This document shows, in pieces, positions 46,170 through 56,602 of a stretch of 64,000 nucleotides of DNA. The stretch covers positions 800,001 through 864,000 of the forward strand of contig CAVTMK010000002.1 of the NCBI GenBank assembly GCA_963735805.1. The letters are read 5' to 3'. Origin of the DNA: an uncultured Verrucomicrobiae bacterium. Lineage in GTDB: Bacteria; Verrucomicrobiota; Verrucomicrobiia; Chthoniobacterales; UBA10450. Below the pieces are notes generated by a model. The model saw only the letters and a program-made list of their open reading frames with translations. It did not search any database and had not been told where the DNA came from. The number at the start of each line of letters is the position of its first letter. Position 1 is the stretch's first letter. Position numbers and translations under genes: made by a program.

Positions 46170-48113
46170 CTAGCGGGGAGATCGCTGCCGGGTATCGGTG
46201 GTCCCGGTACCCGACTCGGCGATCGCTGGCTCAGCCGCGGACTCGTTAGGAAGAACGTACGTCGGCGCAGGCTGGTCGAGTGGGGCCGGCTCAATTGAGA
46301 CAATCGTGAATTGAGCGGTGCTATGCTCCGTATTTAGCGAGACCGTCTCGTTAGCTTTGTGACCAAGCAGTGCTTGGCCAATCGCAGTTTGGTACGAAAT
46401 GATATGCCGATCAGGATCGCCGTCCCATGCACCTAAAATCGTGTACGTTTCTTCCTTGCTGGTCTCCGCGTTCCGAAGCGTGACGATTGTGCCGATCGAT
46501 ACACGTGAAATATCCGCATTCTCAAACGAAGTGCCACGCGCGTTGTGAAGCATCTGCTCAAGCTCCACTTTGCGTCGCATCAGAACGCTTTGCATCTGTT
46601 TGGCTGCCTTAAATTCGAAATTCTCGCTGAGGTCACCATAGGACCGGGCGATTGCGATCTCCTTGGTGTTCTCCGGGATTTTCGTCCTCACCAGTTCTTC
46701 GTATTCAGCTTTGCGTTTTTCCAGGCTGCTCCAGGAAACGATCAACGACGCGACCTTCTCGCCGGCTAAGGCAGTCTGTGCGCCCGTGATCATGCTTTCC
46801 AGCTCTGGATAAACTTTAACAATCCGAGCCAGGAGTGAGCGTTTCGTCAGTTCGTCGAATAGGGGACTTAGTTGCAGCTGCCGCATCGCATCACGTGCGA
46901 TCGTCACATCGCATTTCTTGAAGATGTCTCCAAGTAGTTGCCGATCGTCCGCCAAAGTACGATATAATTTGCTGGTGCGCCCGGCGAAATTGTGTTGCTC
47001 GCGTTCCACTGCAGCCAAAATCGCGCCAAGCAATTCCGGAGTGACTAGTTCGTCCCAGTTCTTCCTTTCGCTACATAACCACGCGAGCATCTCGCTGGTT
47101 GCTGAATGTTCGCGAATGCTGCGTTCCAGCGTCGCCCGAAGCTCATCGTGTTTTCCGCTTTCGTTCAAGATGCGGGGAATTTGAGCCACCACGCGACCGT
47201 GACTCCTTTGCATCAAACGTAATGCGCGCTCTGCCCAGCGCGGACCGAGCGCCTCTGGCAACGTTTGCAGAACCTTTTTCTCCTTCGCCGCCGGCAATTT
47301 TGGCAGAATCGATATCAGTCGCTCCTCTTCGTCGAGAATCAGTTTCGAAAGGGTCAAACCGACATGGGTCGGATGCAGCGATGGGAGGCGTTCCAGTAAA
47401 TCATCGCGCGCGATGACGAGCTCAAACGCAAACTCAGGATGCATTTTCTGATTGCGTACTGTCATGTTCTCGATCGAAGCGATGATTGGCTGAAGTTGTT
47501 TGTCAGGTGTCTTGAATTGCTGGGTCGATTTTGTGATCTGGTCGAGCGCTGCGAGTTGTTCCTTTGGTTGTCGCGCTTTGTTGAAAGCGTCGAGCAGTTC
47601 GTCAGCATGCGATACCCCTTCGCCGCGAATTTGAATTGGATCGGTCTTTTTCGCAGGGATAGAAAAAACGCCGCTTGCCTTAAGCGTTTTCTTCGTTGAT
47701 TCCCACCAGCGTTTCCATTCCGCCTCGGTGAAAACATCGCCTACCAGCCAATCACTGATCTGCTGCGCCGTAGCCTTGCCGTCCAGGCTTTCAACAACAT
47801 TTCGCACCAGCGCCGCCGGATTTTCCCTTGCCAAAATTTTGATCGACGGCAGATCGATGGCTTTGCGTGAGAGGAAGTGCTCCGGCGCCAGCGGCGTGAC
47901 GTTCTCTGCCGCGTACTGGGCCTGCATCGGATGCGACTTTTTCCCGGCAAAATCAATTACGATCTGGTTGAGCAGCAGGTTCCATTCGCTCACCCGACCG
48001 AATCCCCAACTTTTGTGCAGACAAAATGTGCCCGGTTTTAGTTTCTCGAGTTGTTCCGCGGCGTGCGGAGTGAGTTTGCCGGCTTCGACTAGTTTTTCTA
48101 ATTCGGTATCCAT
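46170..48113 (-). CDS. greA: GreA/GreB-family elongation factor with about 480-aa N-terminal extension
   Basis: C-terminal IAIARSYGDLSENFEFKAAK...VSIGTIV...ISYQTAIGQALLG, preceded by a long helical N-terminal region. Confidence 0.85.
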   Translation of the reverse strand: MDTELEKLVEAGKLTPHAAEQLEKLKPGTFCLHKSWGFGRVSEWNLLLNQIVIDFAGKKSHPMQAQYAAENVTPLAPEHFLSRKAIDLPSIKILARENPAALVRNVVESLDGKATAQQISDWLVGDVFTEAEWKRWWESTKKTLKASGVFSIPAKKTDPIQIRGEGVSHADELLDAFNKARQPKEQLAALDQITKSTQQFKTPDKQLQPIIASIENMTVRNQKMHPEFAFELVIARDDLLERLPSLHPTHVGLTLSKLILDEEERLISILPKLPAAKEKKVLQTLPEALGPRWAERALRLMQRSHGRVVAQIPRILNESGKHDELRATLERSIREHSATSEMLAWLCSERKNWDELVTPELLGAILAAVEREQHNFAGRTSKLYRTLADDRQLLGDIFKKCDVTIARDAMRQLQLSPLFDELTKRSLLARIVKVYPELESMITGAQTALAGEKVASLIVSWSSLEKRKAEYEELVRTKIPENTKEIAIARSYGDLSENFEFKAAKQMQSVLMRRKVELEQMLHNARGTSFENADISRVSIGTIVTLRNAETSKEETYTILGAWDGDPDRHIISYQTAIGQALLGHKANETVSLNTEHSTAQFTIVSIEPAPLDQPAPTYVLPNESAAEPAIAESGTGTTDTRQRSPR

Positions 48114-48211
48114 CGGTAGGGTCAATGAGTGCTATGTGACCTATAAATCGCCTGGGTCGGGCGCGCAATTTACCATTGCCGTGTGCCCACCCGCATGAAA
48201 ACCTCCCCGCG

Positions 48212-49147
48212 GTGAGGACGAGCATCTGGTTTTGGATCGCCTTTCATATAGGCGTGTTCATTGCGATCGGAATCGATCTCTTCACGTTCCATCGCCGAGC
48301 TCGGGAACTAAGCATGGCTGCAGCGGCGCGACGCAGCGTGCTCTGGGTAATCGTGTCACTTGGATTTAACGCTCTGGTGTGGCGCTTCAAAGGGCCGCAT
48401 CACGGGTTGGATTTTTTCACAGGCTACCTGATCGAGTATTCGCTGAGTATGGATAACATTTTTGTTTTTGTACTCATTTTTGCGCATTTCCGCGTTCCGC
48501 CAAAGGCGCAACATCGCGTCCTTGTCTGGGGAATAATCGGAGCACTGATCATGCGTGGCACGATGATCTTGGGCGGTATCGCGCTGGTGCAACGCTTTCA
48601 TTTCATTCTTTACCTCTTTGGTCTCTTCCTGTTGATCACAGCGGCACAGATGTTTTTTGGAAGACGCCCAGCGCACGATTTCGCCGAGGGTTGGGTATTG
48701 CGGATGTGCCGTCGAATCCTTCCCATTACGCGCGAATTTCATAACGAACACTTTAAGGTGCACTTGGATGGCCGGTGGATGTTAACTCCGCTCGCTCTGA
48801 CAATGATCGTGATCGAGGTCACAGACCTCATTTTTGCCGTCGATTCGATCCCCGCGATCTTTGCAATAACGCGCGACCCCTTCATTGTTTATACCTCTAA
48901 CATTTGCGCGATTCTCGGTTTGCGATCGCTTTACTTCCTTCTGGCCGGTCTGATGAATCGTTTCATTTACTTGAGAACCGGCCTCGCTCTCGTCCTCGGC
49001 TTCGTCGGCATAAAGATGATCCTCGTCGACTATTTTCCGCTATCACGTGCCCTGTCTCTTGGAGTCATAGCGCTCATTCTTGGGGTTACAATCGCGGTTT
49101 CGATGCTCAAGACAAAGGATCATGATGTAGCCGAAGGCCGAAAATAA
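48212..49147 (+). CDS. TerC/Alx family membrane protein
   Basis: FFTGYLIEYSLSMDNIFVF, QHRVLVWG, DLIFAVDSIPAI, YTSNICAILGLR. GTG start at 48212. Confidence 0.92.
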   Translation: MRTSIWFWIAFHIGVFIAIGIDLFTFHRRARELSMAAAARRSVLWVIVSLGFNALVWRFKGPHHGLDFFTGYLIEYSLSMDNIFVFVLIFAHFRVPPKAQHRVLVWGIIGALIMRGTMILGGIALVQRFHFILYLFGLFLLITAAQMFFGRRPAHDFAEGWVLRMCRRILPITREFHNEHFKVHLDGRWMLTPLALTMIVIEVTDLIFAVDSIPAIFAITRDPFIVYTSNICAILGLRSLYFLLAGLMNRFIYLRTGLALVLGFVGIKMILVDYFPLSRALSLGVIALILGVTIAVSMLKTKDHDVAEGRK

Positions 49148-49193
49148 GTATTGCCTTTGCTTTTCGGAATCATTTTACTGCTTCCGAGCGCCT

Positions 49194-49598
49194 ATGAAAA
49201 CAATCCTCCCGTTCGCGGCGGTCATTGCTCTTGTCAGCGGAGCTTTTGCCGATATTCAAGACCCGCCTTCGAACGATTATGGCCCAACGCGCAAGCTGGG
49301 TCGCGGTTTGTCGAACTTTTTTATCGCTCCAGCAGAAGTTTTTGTGACCGTGACGACTGTTAATACTTACGACGGAAATTCTGCCGCTGCGGGATACGGT
49401 GTCGTCCGCGGTATTGGCCGTTCTGGCGCGAGGCATATCGCCGGTTTGATTGAGATGCTGACGTTTCCTTTTCCGATATGGCGTGACAGTTACTACCCTA
49501 TGTTGCCGCCAGACATTCCCTACATTCATGCTGGTTATTCGGAATTCCCACCCGAACTCGGCAACGAATCAAAGTATCCTTACGTGCGGGATTATTAA
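49194..49598 (+). CDS. Exosortase-system-associated protein, TIGR04073-like
   Basis: Signal peptide and RKLGRGLSN...EV...G..RG......AG..E.LTFP pattern recalled for this family. Confidence 0.65.
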   Translation: MKTILPFAAVIALVSGAFADIQDPPSNDYGPTRKLGRGLSNFFIAPAEVFVTVTTVNTYDGNSAAAGYGVVRGIGRSGARHIAGLIEMLTFPFPIWRDSYYPMLPPDIPYIHAGYSEFPPELGNESKYPYVRDY

Positions 49599-49883
49599 CC
49601 GGCTTGACCCTTCGCTACCTGACTCAGCTGCCTAGGCGAAACGTGTGCTCACGCTCCGGTCAGGAGCGATTGCAGGTTCTTACTCGGTTCTAACTCTTCT
49701 CGAGGATCTCGAAAAGCTCGTACCCACAGTCACGCGCCTGCGGGTACGGTTGTAGAGCGTGTGACGCAAAACGTGCTCGTGAAGTCGCCAGGCCACAACG
49801 GCAATGACGAAACACGAATGGCGAAAGGATATCAAAAGCAGAATCGAATTGGCATTTTCGATTCGCTAGGTCGAAATCTTCAT

Positions 49884-50978
49884 ATGCGCGTTGTCGATCT
49901 AAGAATCGAGGATATCGCCTTTGGTGGGAAAGGTGTCGGACGTGACCAGGGGAAGGCCGTCTTCGTTCCGTACACAATTGAAGATGAATTGGTTTCTGCT
50001 GAGATCGTACGCGAGAAAAAACAATTCGCCCAGGCAGAGTTAGTCGAAGTTAAGACGAGCTCGGCACACCGTGTTACACCAGAATGTCCCTACTTTGGCC
50101 GATGCGGCGGGTGTGCATATCAGCACATCGACTACGAACATCAGTTGACGATTAAGTGGCGGCAGGTGCGCGATGTTCTGTACCGGATCGGCAAGCTTAA
50201 AGATGCCACTCTGCGCCCGATTATTCCGTCGCCGAAGCATTACGGTTATCGCAATCGCATTACTGTGCACGTGCAGGATCGCGTGATCGGATTTTTCACG
50301 CGTGATTCTCATCGATTGATCGACATCGAGCGCTGCCCCATTTCGCGCGACGAAGTGGGCCACGCGCTGACGGAACTGCGGGGCCAAAATCCTCGCGATG
50401 GACATTACACTCTGCGCGCCCCCTCCAGTCGGCGTTTCTTTTCTCAAACCAACAATGAGGTTGCAGATGCATTGCGCGACTTGATTGTCGATCTTGTTCC
50501 GCCGAATCAAGATCTCTTAATCGACGCATATTGCGGAGCAGGATTCTTTGCCAAAGCATTGCTCAACAAGTTTGAGCGAGTCATTGGAATCGATTGGGAC
50601 AGGTTCGCGATCGCGGCTGCAAACGAAAATACGACTGAAAAAGAGACCTATATTGCCGGTGACGTCGAAGAAGAACTAACAAAGCGAGAGCGATTCCTAG
50701 CCAGCGAGAGTCTGCGACAACTGGGAAGTGATCATTCACTAACACTTATTATCGATCCGCCTGCGATTGGCTTGTCAAAAAACGTGCGACACGCGATTCT
50801 CGATCTTGCACCAACCACGCTGATTTACGTTTCCTGCAACCCGGCCACACTGGCGCGCGACTTAAAGGAGTTACAGGAAAAATTTACCATCAATTCGGTT
50901 ACCCCTCTCGACATGTTTCCGCAGACAGCTGAGATCGAAGCCGTGGCGCACCTGCAAGCGGTGCCGTCGGCATCGTGA
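49884..50978 (+). CDS. RNA m5U methyltransferase, RlmD/TrmA family (TRAM + Fe-S)
   Basis: TRAM IAFGGKGVG, CPYFGRCGGC, FSQTN, DAYCGAG, IDPP, YVSCNPATLARD, DMFPQT. Confidence 0.9.
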   Translation: MRVVDLRIEDIAFGGKGVGRDQGKAVFVPYTIEDELVSAEIVREKKQFAQAELVEVKTSSAHRVTPECPYFGRCGGCAYQHIDYEHQLTIKWRQVRDVLYRIGKLKDATLRPIIPSPKHYGYRNRITVHVQDRVIGFFTRDSHRLIDIERCPISRDEVGHALTELRGQNPRDGHYTLRAPSSRRFFSQTNNEVADALRDLIVDLVPPNQDLLIDAYCGAGFFAKALLNKFERVIGIDWDRFAIAAANENTTEKETYIAGDVEEELTKRERFLASESLRQLGSDHSLTLIIDPPAIGLSKNVRHAILDLAPTTLIYVSCNPATLARDLKELQEKFTINSVTPLDMFPQTAEIEAVAHLQAVPSAS

Positions 50979-51080
50979 AGAAGATTGACGCGCGGCCAGC
51001 GTTTTCGAACGTTCCTCGAAGCAGGTGCCACAAAGCCGAGTTTCATTGACGAGTCGTACGGCGATAAGTCCAATGGCAAG

Positions 51081-52368
51081 ATGAATTGGGTCCTGGGTCT
51101 CGTCGCAGCACGCCCGAACTGGTGGATCGTGTTGCCGTTTGTGACCTTGTTGGTGGCGATCGCGCTCGCTCCGCTCATCGCTCAACATCATTGGGAGCGT
51201 CACTACCACAAGCTTTGCGTCGCTCTCGCCGGCATAGTTTGTCTGTATTATCTCTTCGTCGTTAACGAGTCCGCGCGCGTCCTACACGCGGGAATAGATT
51301 ACCTGACCTTCATGGTCGTAGTCGGTTCCTTCTTCGTTGTCGCAGGCGGAATTCATTTGCGCGTCAAATCGCCAAGCGGCGCGATGAGAAACACTCTGTT
51401 CCTTTTTGTCGGCGCGCTGCTGGGAAATCTAATCGGTACCATCGGCGCATCGATGCTGCTGATCAGGCCGTGGATCGCGATGAACAGAGGCCGCGTCGCC
51501 CCGATGCATATCGCGTTCTTTGTTTTTCTAGTCAGCAACATCGGCGGCGCGTTGTTGCCAGTCGGTCCGCCGCTCTTCCTGGGATTTCTCAAAGGTGTGC
51601 CGTTTGGCTGGACGCTCCAAAATTGCTGGCGCCAATGGCTGCTCACGGTCGCGATTATTTTGGCCGTTTTTTTTGTTCTGGATCTTATCAATCTTCGCCG
51701 GCGCAAAAGGGCCATTCAGGAAAGCGAGCTTACGCAATGGCGCTGCGACGGTGCTCAGAACTTTCTTTTCCTGCTTGCGCTTCTGGCTGCGCTCATCGCC
51801 GTGCGTGCAGGCTGGCGCGAGCCGCTCATGGTACTGATTGCGCTGGGATCCTATTTCGCTACGCCACAGCGCATTCGCGAAGCCGACAATTTTAGCTTTG
51901 CCCCGCTCAAGGAAGTCGGCTGGCTCTTTCTGGGCATTTTTGGAACGATGATTCCGGTTTTGGAATTCATGGAACAATCCGCCGACAAACTGGGATTGAC
52001 TTCAGAGACGTCATTCTTCTGGGCAACCGGCTTGCTCTCCGCCTTGCTCGATAACGCGCCAACCTATCTCGCTTTTTTTGCTGCAGCGCTTGGACTCCAC
52101 CACTTCGACGATCAACGATCCGTTGCAGGTCGCCGACTTTATTTCCAAAAACGGCAGCGAATTAACCGCGCTCTCGCTGGGCGCAGCGTTCTTTGGCGCG
52201 CTGACTTACATCGGCAACGCACCGAACCTGCTGGTGAAAACGATTGCCGAACATGCGCATGTGCCGACGCCCAGCTTCGTCGGCTATATCTGCCGATTCG
52301 CTATCCCAGTCTTGATCCCTATCTTTGCACTAATCTCGATTTTGTTTTTCTCTCGGTGGGCAGCGTAA
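51081..52368 (+). pseudogene. Ion-transporter-superfamily 'sodium:proton antiporter' with a +1 frameshift near 52110 (pseudogene or sequencing error)
   Basis: IGTIGASMLLIRP, NIGG, PPLFLG and LDNAPTY in one frame. The expected C-terminus GAAFFGALTYIGNAPNLLVK...PSF lies in another frame ending at 52368. Confidence 0.75.
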
Positions 52369-52391
52369 CTGCCGAGGAAGCAATTGCCCTA

Positions 52392-52408
52392 TTAATGTTT
52401 TTTTAATG
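52392..52408 (+). promoter_or_regulatory. Putative KdpE (OmpR-family) binding site
   Basis: TTAATG-TTTTT-TTAATG direct repeat with an 11-bp period in a T-rich tract, about 60 nt before the first kdp-leader ORF. Confidence 0.5.
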
Positions 52409-52469
52409 CATTAGGCGTGCGGTTTAATTAACGCGTCAGCCAAAAGTCGCTCACCATTGGGGATAGTTT

Positions 52470-52562
52470 ATGAGCGAATTCATTATCGTAGGAATAATCG
52501 TCATTCTGGGCGTGAACGGACTTTACTCGCGCTTTTGCGAGCAGCCTAAGGACAAGCGATGA
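52470..52562 (+). CDS. 30-aa membrane micro-ORF upstream of kdpF
   Basis: MSEFIIVGIIVILGVNGLYSRFCEQPKDKR. GGGGA upstream. Stop overlaps the next ATG (ATGA). Confidence 0.5.
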   Translation: MSEFIIVGIIVILGVNGLYSRFCEQPKDKR

Positions 52563-52642
52563 GCGATCTCGTTTTCGCAGGAAGTGTAATCCTATTTTTT
52601 GTCGTAAGCGCTGTTTACGTGCGTTTTTGCGACCACCTCTAG
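52559..52642 (+). CDS. 27-aa membrane micro-ORF upstream of kdpF
   Basis: MSDLVFAGSVILFFVVSAVYVRFCDHL. AAGGA upstream. One TM helix ending Y-x-RFC. Confidence 0.65.
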   Translation: MSDLVFAGSVILFFVVSAVYVRFCDHL

Positions 52643-52650
52643 GATGCCTC

Positions 52651-52734
52651 ATGGAAACAATCATCGTCGGAATCATCGCGCTGCTGCTGTTCGCCTACTT
52701 GTTTATCGCCATGATCCGCCCGGAGAAATTCTAA
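52651..52734 (+). CDS. kdpF: K+-transporting ATPase subunit F
   Basis: METIIVGIIALLLFAYLFIAMIRPEKF has the YL..A...PEKF signature, AGGA RBS, and sits directly before kdpA. Confidence 0.9.
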   Translation: METIIVGIIALLLFAYLFIAMIRPEKF

Positions 52735-52744
52735 GGAATCGATT

Positions 52745-54544
52745 ATGCAAGCTTCAGGTTGGATCCAATTTGCTATCTACATCGTCGCGCTTGCGCTGAT
52801 TACGAAGCCGATGGGGCTATATCTGTTGCAGGTGCTCGATGCCAACGGCAAAACGTGGCTCGATCCGCTGCTGCGCCCGCTCGAGCGCGGGACCTATCGC
52901 ATTATGGGCGTGGATCCGAACAAGGAGCACGACTGGAAGCAATACACCCTCGCCATGCTGCTCTTCAGCATGGTCGGCTGTTTGTTCACTTACGCGATTC
53001 TGCGGCTGCAAAATATCCTGCCGTTAAATCCGCAAGGCCTGGCCGGAGTTAGCCCGGATTGTTCGTTCAACACTGCGACAAGTTTCACCACCAACACGAA
53101 TTGGCAGAGCTATGTCGGCGAAACCACCATGTCGTATTTCTCGCAAATGGTGGGGCTGGCATTTCATAATTTCGTCAGCGCCGCAACCGGCATCGCTATT
53201 GCCGCAGCGCTCGTCAGGGGAATTGCGCGCCATACGGCTAACACCATCGGCAACTTCTGGGTCGATCTCGTCCGCGTCACTTATTACCTGCTCATCCCTA
53301 TCTGCGTCGTCTTCGCGGTTTTCCTCGTGTCGCAGGGGATGATCCAAAACTTCAAACCGTACACGAAAGCGACCTTGGCCGAACCGATGAGAGTTTCTGT
53401 CGCCAAAGTGGACAAGGATGGCAAAGCCGTGGTCGACGCTGAAGGCAAGCCGGTGATGGAAGAGCAGACCGTCACCGAGCAAAACATCGTGCAAGGACCG
53501 ATGGCGTCGCAGGTCGCAATCAAGATGCTTGGGACGAACGGCGGTGGTTACGTCAATGCCAACGCGTCGCATCCGTTCGAGAATCCAACACCGCTCTCCA
53601 ATTTTTTCCAGATGCTATCCATTTTCTCGATCGGCAGTGGGCTCACTTATTATCTCGGTCGAATGGTGAAGAACCAAAAGCACGGCTGGACGGTTTGGGC
53701 GGTGATGCTCGCACTATTTATGGCCGGCGTTCTGCTGGCGTGGAATTCGGAAGCGGCGGGTAATCCGATTCATCAAAATCTCGGAGTCGCCGCGGTTGAT
53801 GGAAACATGGAGGGCAAGGAGGTCCGTTTCGGAATTTTCAATTCCGCGCTTTTCGCCACCATCACGACCGACGCATCATGCGGCGCAGTCAATTCGATGC
53901 ATGATTCGTTTACGCCACTCGGTGGATTCGTGCCGCTATTCAACATTCAGTTAGGCGAAATTATTTTCGGCGGTGTCGGCGCAGGACTTTACGGGATGCT
54001 CGTGTTTGTTGTGCTCGCCGTCTTCATCGCTGGCCTCATGGTCGGACGCACGCCGGAATATCTCGGCAAAAAGATCGAGTCCTACGATGTCAAGATGGCA
54101 ATGCTTTCGTTGTTGATTCTCGCCATTTCCATTCTGGGATTCGCGGCGTGGGCGATTGTGAGCAAATGGGGACTCGTCGCCCTGAACAACAGCGGCCCGC
54201 ACGGCTTGAGCGAGATTCTTTACGCGTTCACATCCGGCACGGGGAACAACGGAAGTGCGTTCGCCGGTATTAGCGCCAACACGCCATGGCTCAACACCAC
54301 CATCGGTATTGCGATGTTGGTCGGACGCTTCCTGATGATTGTGCCGATCCTTGCCTTGGCCGGTTCGTTAGTGCGAAAGAAAGTCACGCCGGCCAGCGTG
54401 GGAACGTTTCCGGTCCACGGCGGCACATTTTTCATTCTGCTCATCGGCACCGTGCTTTTGATCGGCGCGCTGAATTTCGTTCCAGCGCTGACGCTTGGGC
54501 CCATCGTCGAACACTTCCTCATGCAAGGCGGAAAACTTTTCTAA
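52745..54544 (+). CDS. kdpA: K+-transporting ATPase subunit A
   Basis: Filter motifs TTNTNWQSY, GTNGGG, ASCGAV and GNNGSAF. HPFENP. Confidence 0.97.
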   Translation: MQASGWIQFAIYIVALALITKPMGLYLLQVLDANGKTWLDPLLRPLERGTYRIMGVDPNKEHDWKQYTLAMLLFSMVGCLFTYAILRLQNILPLNPQGLAGVSPDCSFNTATSFTTNTNWQSYVGETTMSYFSQMVGLAFHNFVSAATGIAIAAALVRGIARHTANTIGNFWVDLVRVTYYLLIPICVVFAVFLVSQGMIQNFKPYTKATLAEPMRVSVAKVDKDGKAVVDAEGKPVMEEQTVTEQNIVQGPMASQVAIKMLGTNGGGYVNANASHPFENPTPLSNFFQMLSIFSIGSGLTYYLGRMVKNQKHGWTVWAVMLALFMAGVLLAWNSEAAGNPIHQNLGVAAVDGNMEGKEVRFGIFNSALFATITTDASCGAVNSMHDSFTPLGGFVPLFNIQLGEIIFGGVGAGLYGMLVFVVLAVFIAGLMVGRTPEYLGKKIESYDVKMAMLSLLILAISILGFAAWAIVSKWGLVALNNSGPHGLSEILYAFTSGTGNNGSAFAGISANTPWLNTTIGIAMLVGRFLMIVPILALAGSLVRKKVTPASVGTFPVHGGTFFILLIGTVLLIGALNFVPALTLGPIVEHFLMQGGKLF

Positions 54545-54556
54545 GATCGATTATCG

Positions 54557-56599
54557 ATGAAAGCACAATCTCGTTCACTCTTTGATTGGAACATTGTTCG
54601 TCCGGCAATTGGCGACGCGTTCAAGAAATTGAACCCGCGTCTGATGGTGAAGAACCCGGTCATGTTCGTGACCATGGTGGGCGCCGCCCTAACGACTGTG
54701 GGAATCTTCACAGCCACGCCCGATTTGCGCGGATTCGTCACGCAACTCGCGATCTGGCTCTGGTTCACGGTGTTGTTCGCCAACTTCGCCGAAGCGATGG
54801 CTGAAGGCCGCGGTAAAGCCCAGGCGGCCAGTCTGCGGCGCGCGCGCAAAGAAACGATGGCGCGTCGCCTGCAGAATGGCCGTGAGGTAAAAGTTCCAGC
54901 GCCCATCTTGCAAAAAGGCGACCTCGTGGTCTGCGAAGCCGGCGACATCATTCCCGCAGACGGCGATGTTGTGGAGGGAATTGCAAGCGTCGATGAAGCC
55001 GCGATCACCGGCGAATCGGCGCCGGTCATCCGCGAGAGTGGCGGCGACCGCAGCGCGGTCACTGGCGGAACGCGTGTGCTGAGCGATCGCATCGTCATTC
55101 GGGTGACTATGGAGAAAGGGGGAGGCTTTCTCGACCGCATGATCGCGCTGGTGGAAGGCGCGCGCCGTCAAAAAACGCCTAACGAAATCGCGCTCACGAT
55201 TCTGCTCGCGGCGCTGACGTTTATCTTTCTGCTCGTCTGCGTCACGCTGAAACCGTTCGGCATTTATTCCGGCACAGTATTTTCCATTCCAGTTCTGATC
55301 GCGTTGTTGGTTTGTTTGATTCCCACAACCATCGGCGGACTACTCAGTGCTATTGGCATTGCCGGAATGGACCGCGTGTTGCAGCGAAATGTTCTGGCGA
55401 TGAGCGGGCGGGCTGTCGAAGCAGCCGGAGATGTAGATGTTTTGTTGCTCGACAAAACCGGCACCATCACGCTCGGCAATCGCATGGCCGTCGCGTTTCA
55501 TGCCGCGCCCGGCGTTCAGCCTAACGACCTCGCGGCTTCGGCACAGTTGAGCTCGCTTGCCGACGAAACGCCTGAGGGCCGCAGCATCGTCGTGCTCGCG
55601 AAAGAGAAATTCGGATTACGCGCACGCGAGATGCATGAACTGGAGGCGACATTCGTGCCTTTCACCGCGCAAACGCGGATGAGCGGTGTCGATCTTCATG
55701 CCAACGGCGCCCAACCGACGATGCGTGTGCGCAAAGGCGCTGCCGAGGCGGTGCGCGGATTCGTTGAATCAGCCGGCGGTATTTTCCCGCAGCCAGTCGG
55801 AAAGACGGTTGACGAGATTTCCCATCGCGGCGGCACGCCGCTGGTTGTCGCATCGGACATGGTGACGCTGGGCACGATCGAGCTCAAAGATGTGGTCAAA
55901 GGCGGCATCAAGGATCGCTTCGCGCAGTTACGCAAGATGGGAATCAAAACGGTGATGATCACGGGTGACAATCCACTCACCGCCGCAGCCATCGCTGCTG
56001 AGGCGGGTGTAGACGATTTCATGGCGCAAGCGACGCCGGAACAAAAACTGAAGCGAATCCGTCAGGAACAAGCGGAGGGCCATCTGGTCGCCATGACCGG
56101 CGACGGAACGAACGACGCTCCTGCGCTCGCACAAGCTGATGTCGGTGTAGCGATGAATACCGGCACGCAAGCCGCGCGCGAAGCCGGCAACATGGTCGAT
56201 CTCGATAGCAATCCGACAAAGCTGCTCGACATCGTTGAGATCGGGAAACAGATGCTGATTACACGTGGCTCGCTTACCACGTTCAGTATCGCAAACGATG
56301 TGGCGAAGTACTTCGCGATCATTCCTGCGATGCTGATGGCGACGTTCCCGGCGATTGCGCCGCTGAATATCATGCATCTCCACAGTCCGACAAGCGCAAT
56401 TCTGAGTGCCGTGATTTTCAACGCGCTGATCATTATCGTGCTTATACCACTTGCGCTGCGCGGCGTCGCGTACAAGCCAATGGGCGCGCTGGCGATTTTA
56501 CAACGCAACCTCCTTATCTACGGCTTCGGCGGCATCATTGTTCCGTTTATCGGCATCAAACTGATCGATCTGATCATCACCGCGCTTCACCTGTCCTGA
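54557..56599 (+). CDS. kdpB: K+-transporting ATPase subunit B (P-type ATPase)
   Basis: [35 protein letters not shown]. Confidence 0.97.
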   Translation: MKAQSRSLFDWNIVRPAIGDAFKKLNPRLMVKNPVMFVTMVGAALTTVGIFTATPDLRGFVTQLAIWLWFTVLFANFAEAMAEGRGKAQAASLRRARKETMARRLQNGREVKVPAPILQKGDLVVCEAGDIIPADGDVVEGIASVDEAAITGESAPVIRESGGDRSAVTGGTRVLSDRIVIRVTMEKGGGFLDRMIALVEGARRQKTPNEIALTILLAALTFIFLLVCVTLKPFGIYSGTVFSIPVLIALLVCLIPTTIGGLLSAIGIAGMDRVLQRNVLAMSGRAVEAAGDVDVLLLDKTGTITLGNRMAVAFHAAPGVQPNDLAASAQLSSLADETPEGRSIVVLAKEKFGLRAREMHELEATFVPFTAQTRMSGVDLHANGAQPTMRVRKGAAEAVRGFVESAGGIFPQPVGKTVDEISHRGGTPLVVASDMVTLGTIELKDVVKGGIKDRFAQLRKMGIKTVMITGDNPLTAAAIAAEAGVDDFMAQATPEQKLKRIRQEQAEGHLVAMTGDGTNDAPALAQADVGVAMNTGTQAAREAGNMVDLDSNPTKLLDIVEIGKQMLITRGSLTTFSIANDVAKYFAIIPAMLMATFPAIAPLNIMHLHSPTSAILSAVIFNALIIIVLIPLALRGVAYKPMGALAILQRNLLIYGFGGIIVPFIGIKLIDLIITALHLS

Positions 56600-56602
56600 C
56601 CA

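Noticed and set aside
49599..49883. 285-nt intergenic region with small hairpins as a possible ncRNA
   Set aside because: Only short 6-9 bp stems, no recognisable Rfam motif and no terminator. An Infernal scan would be needed.
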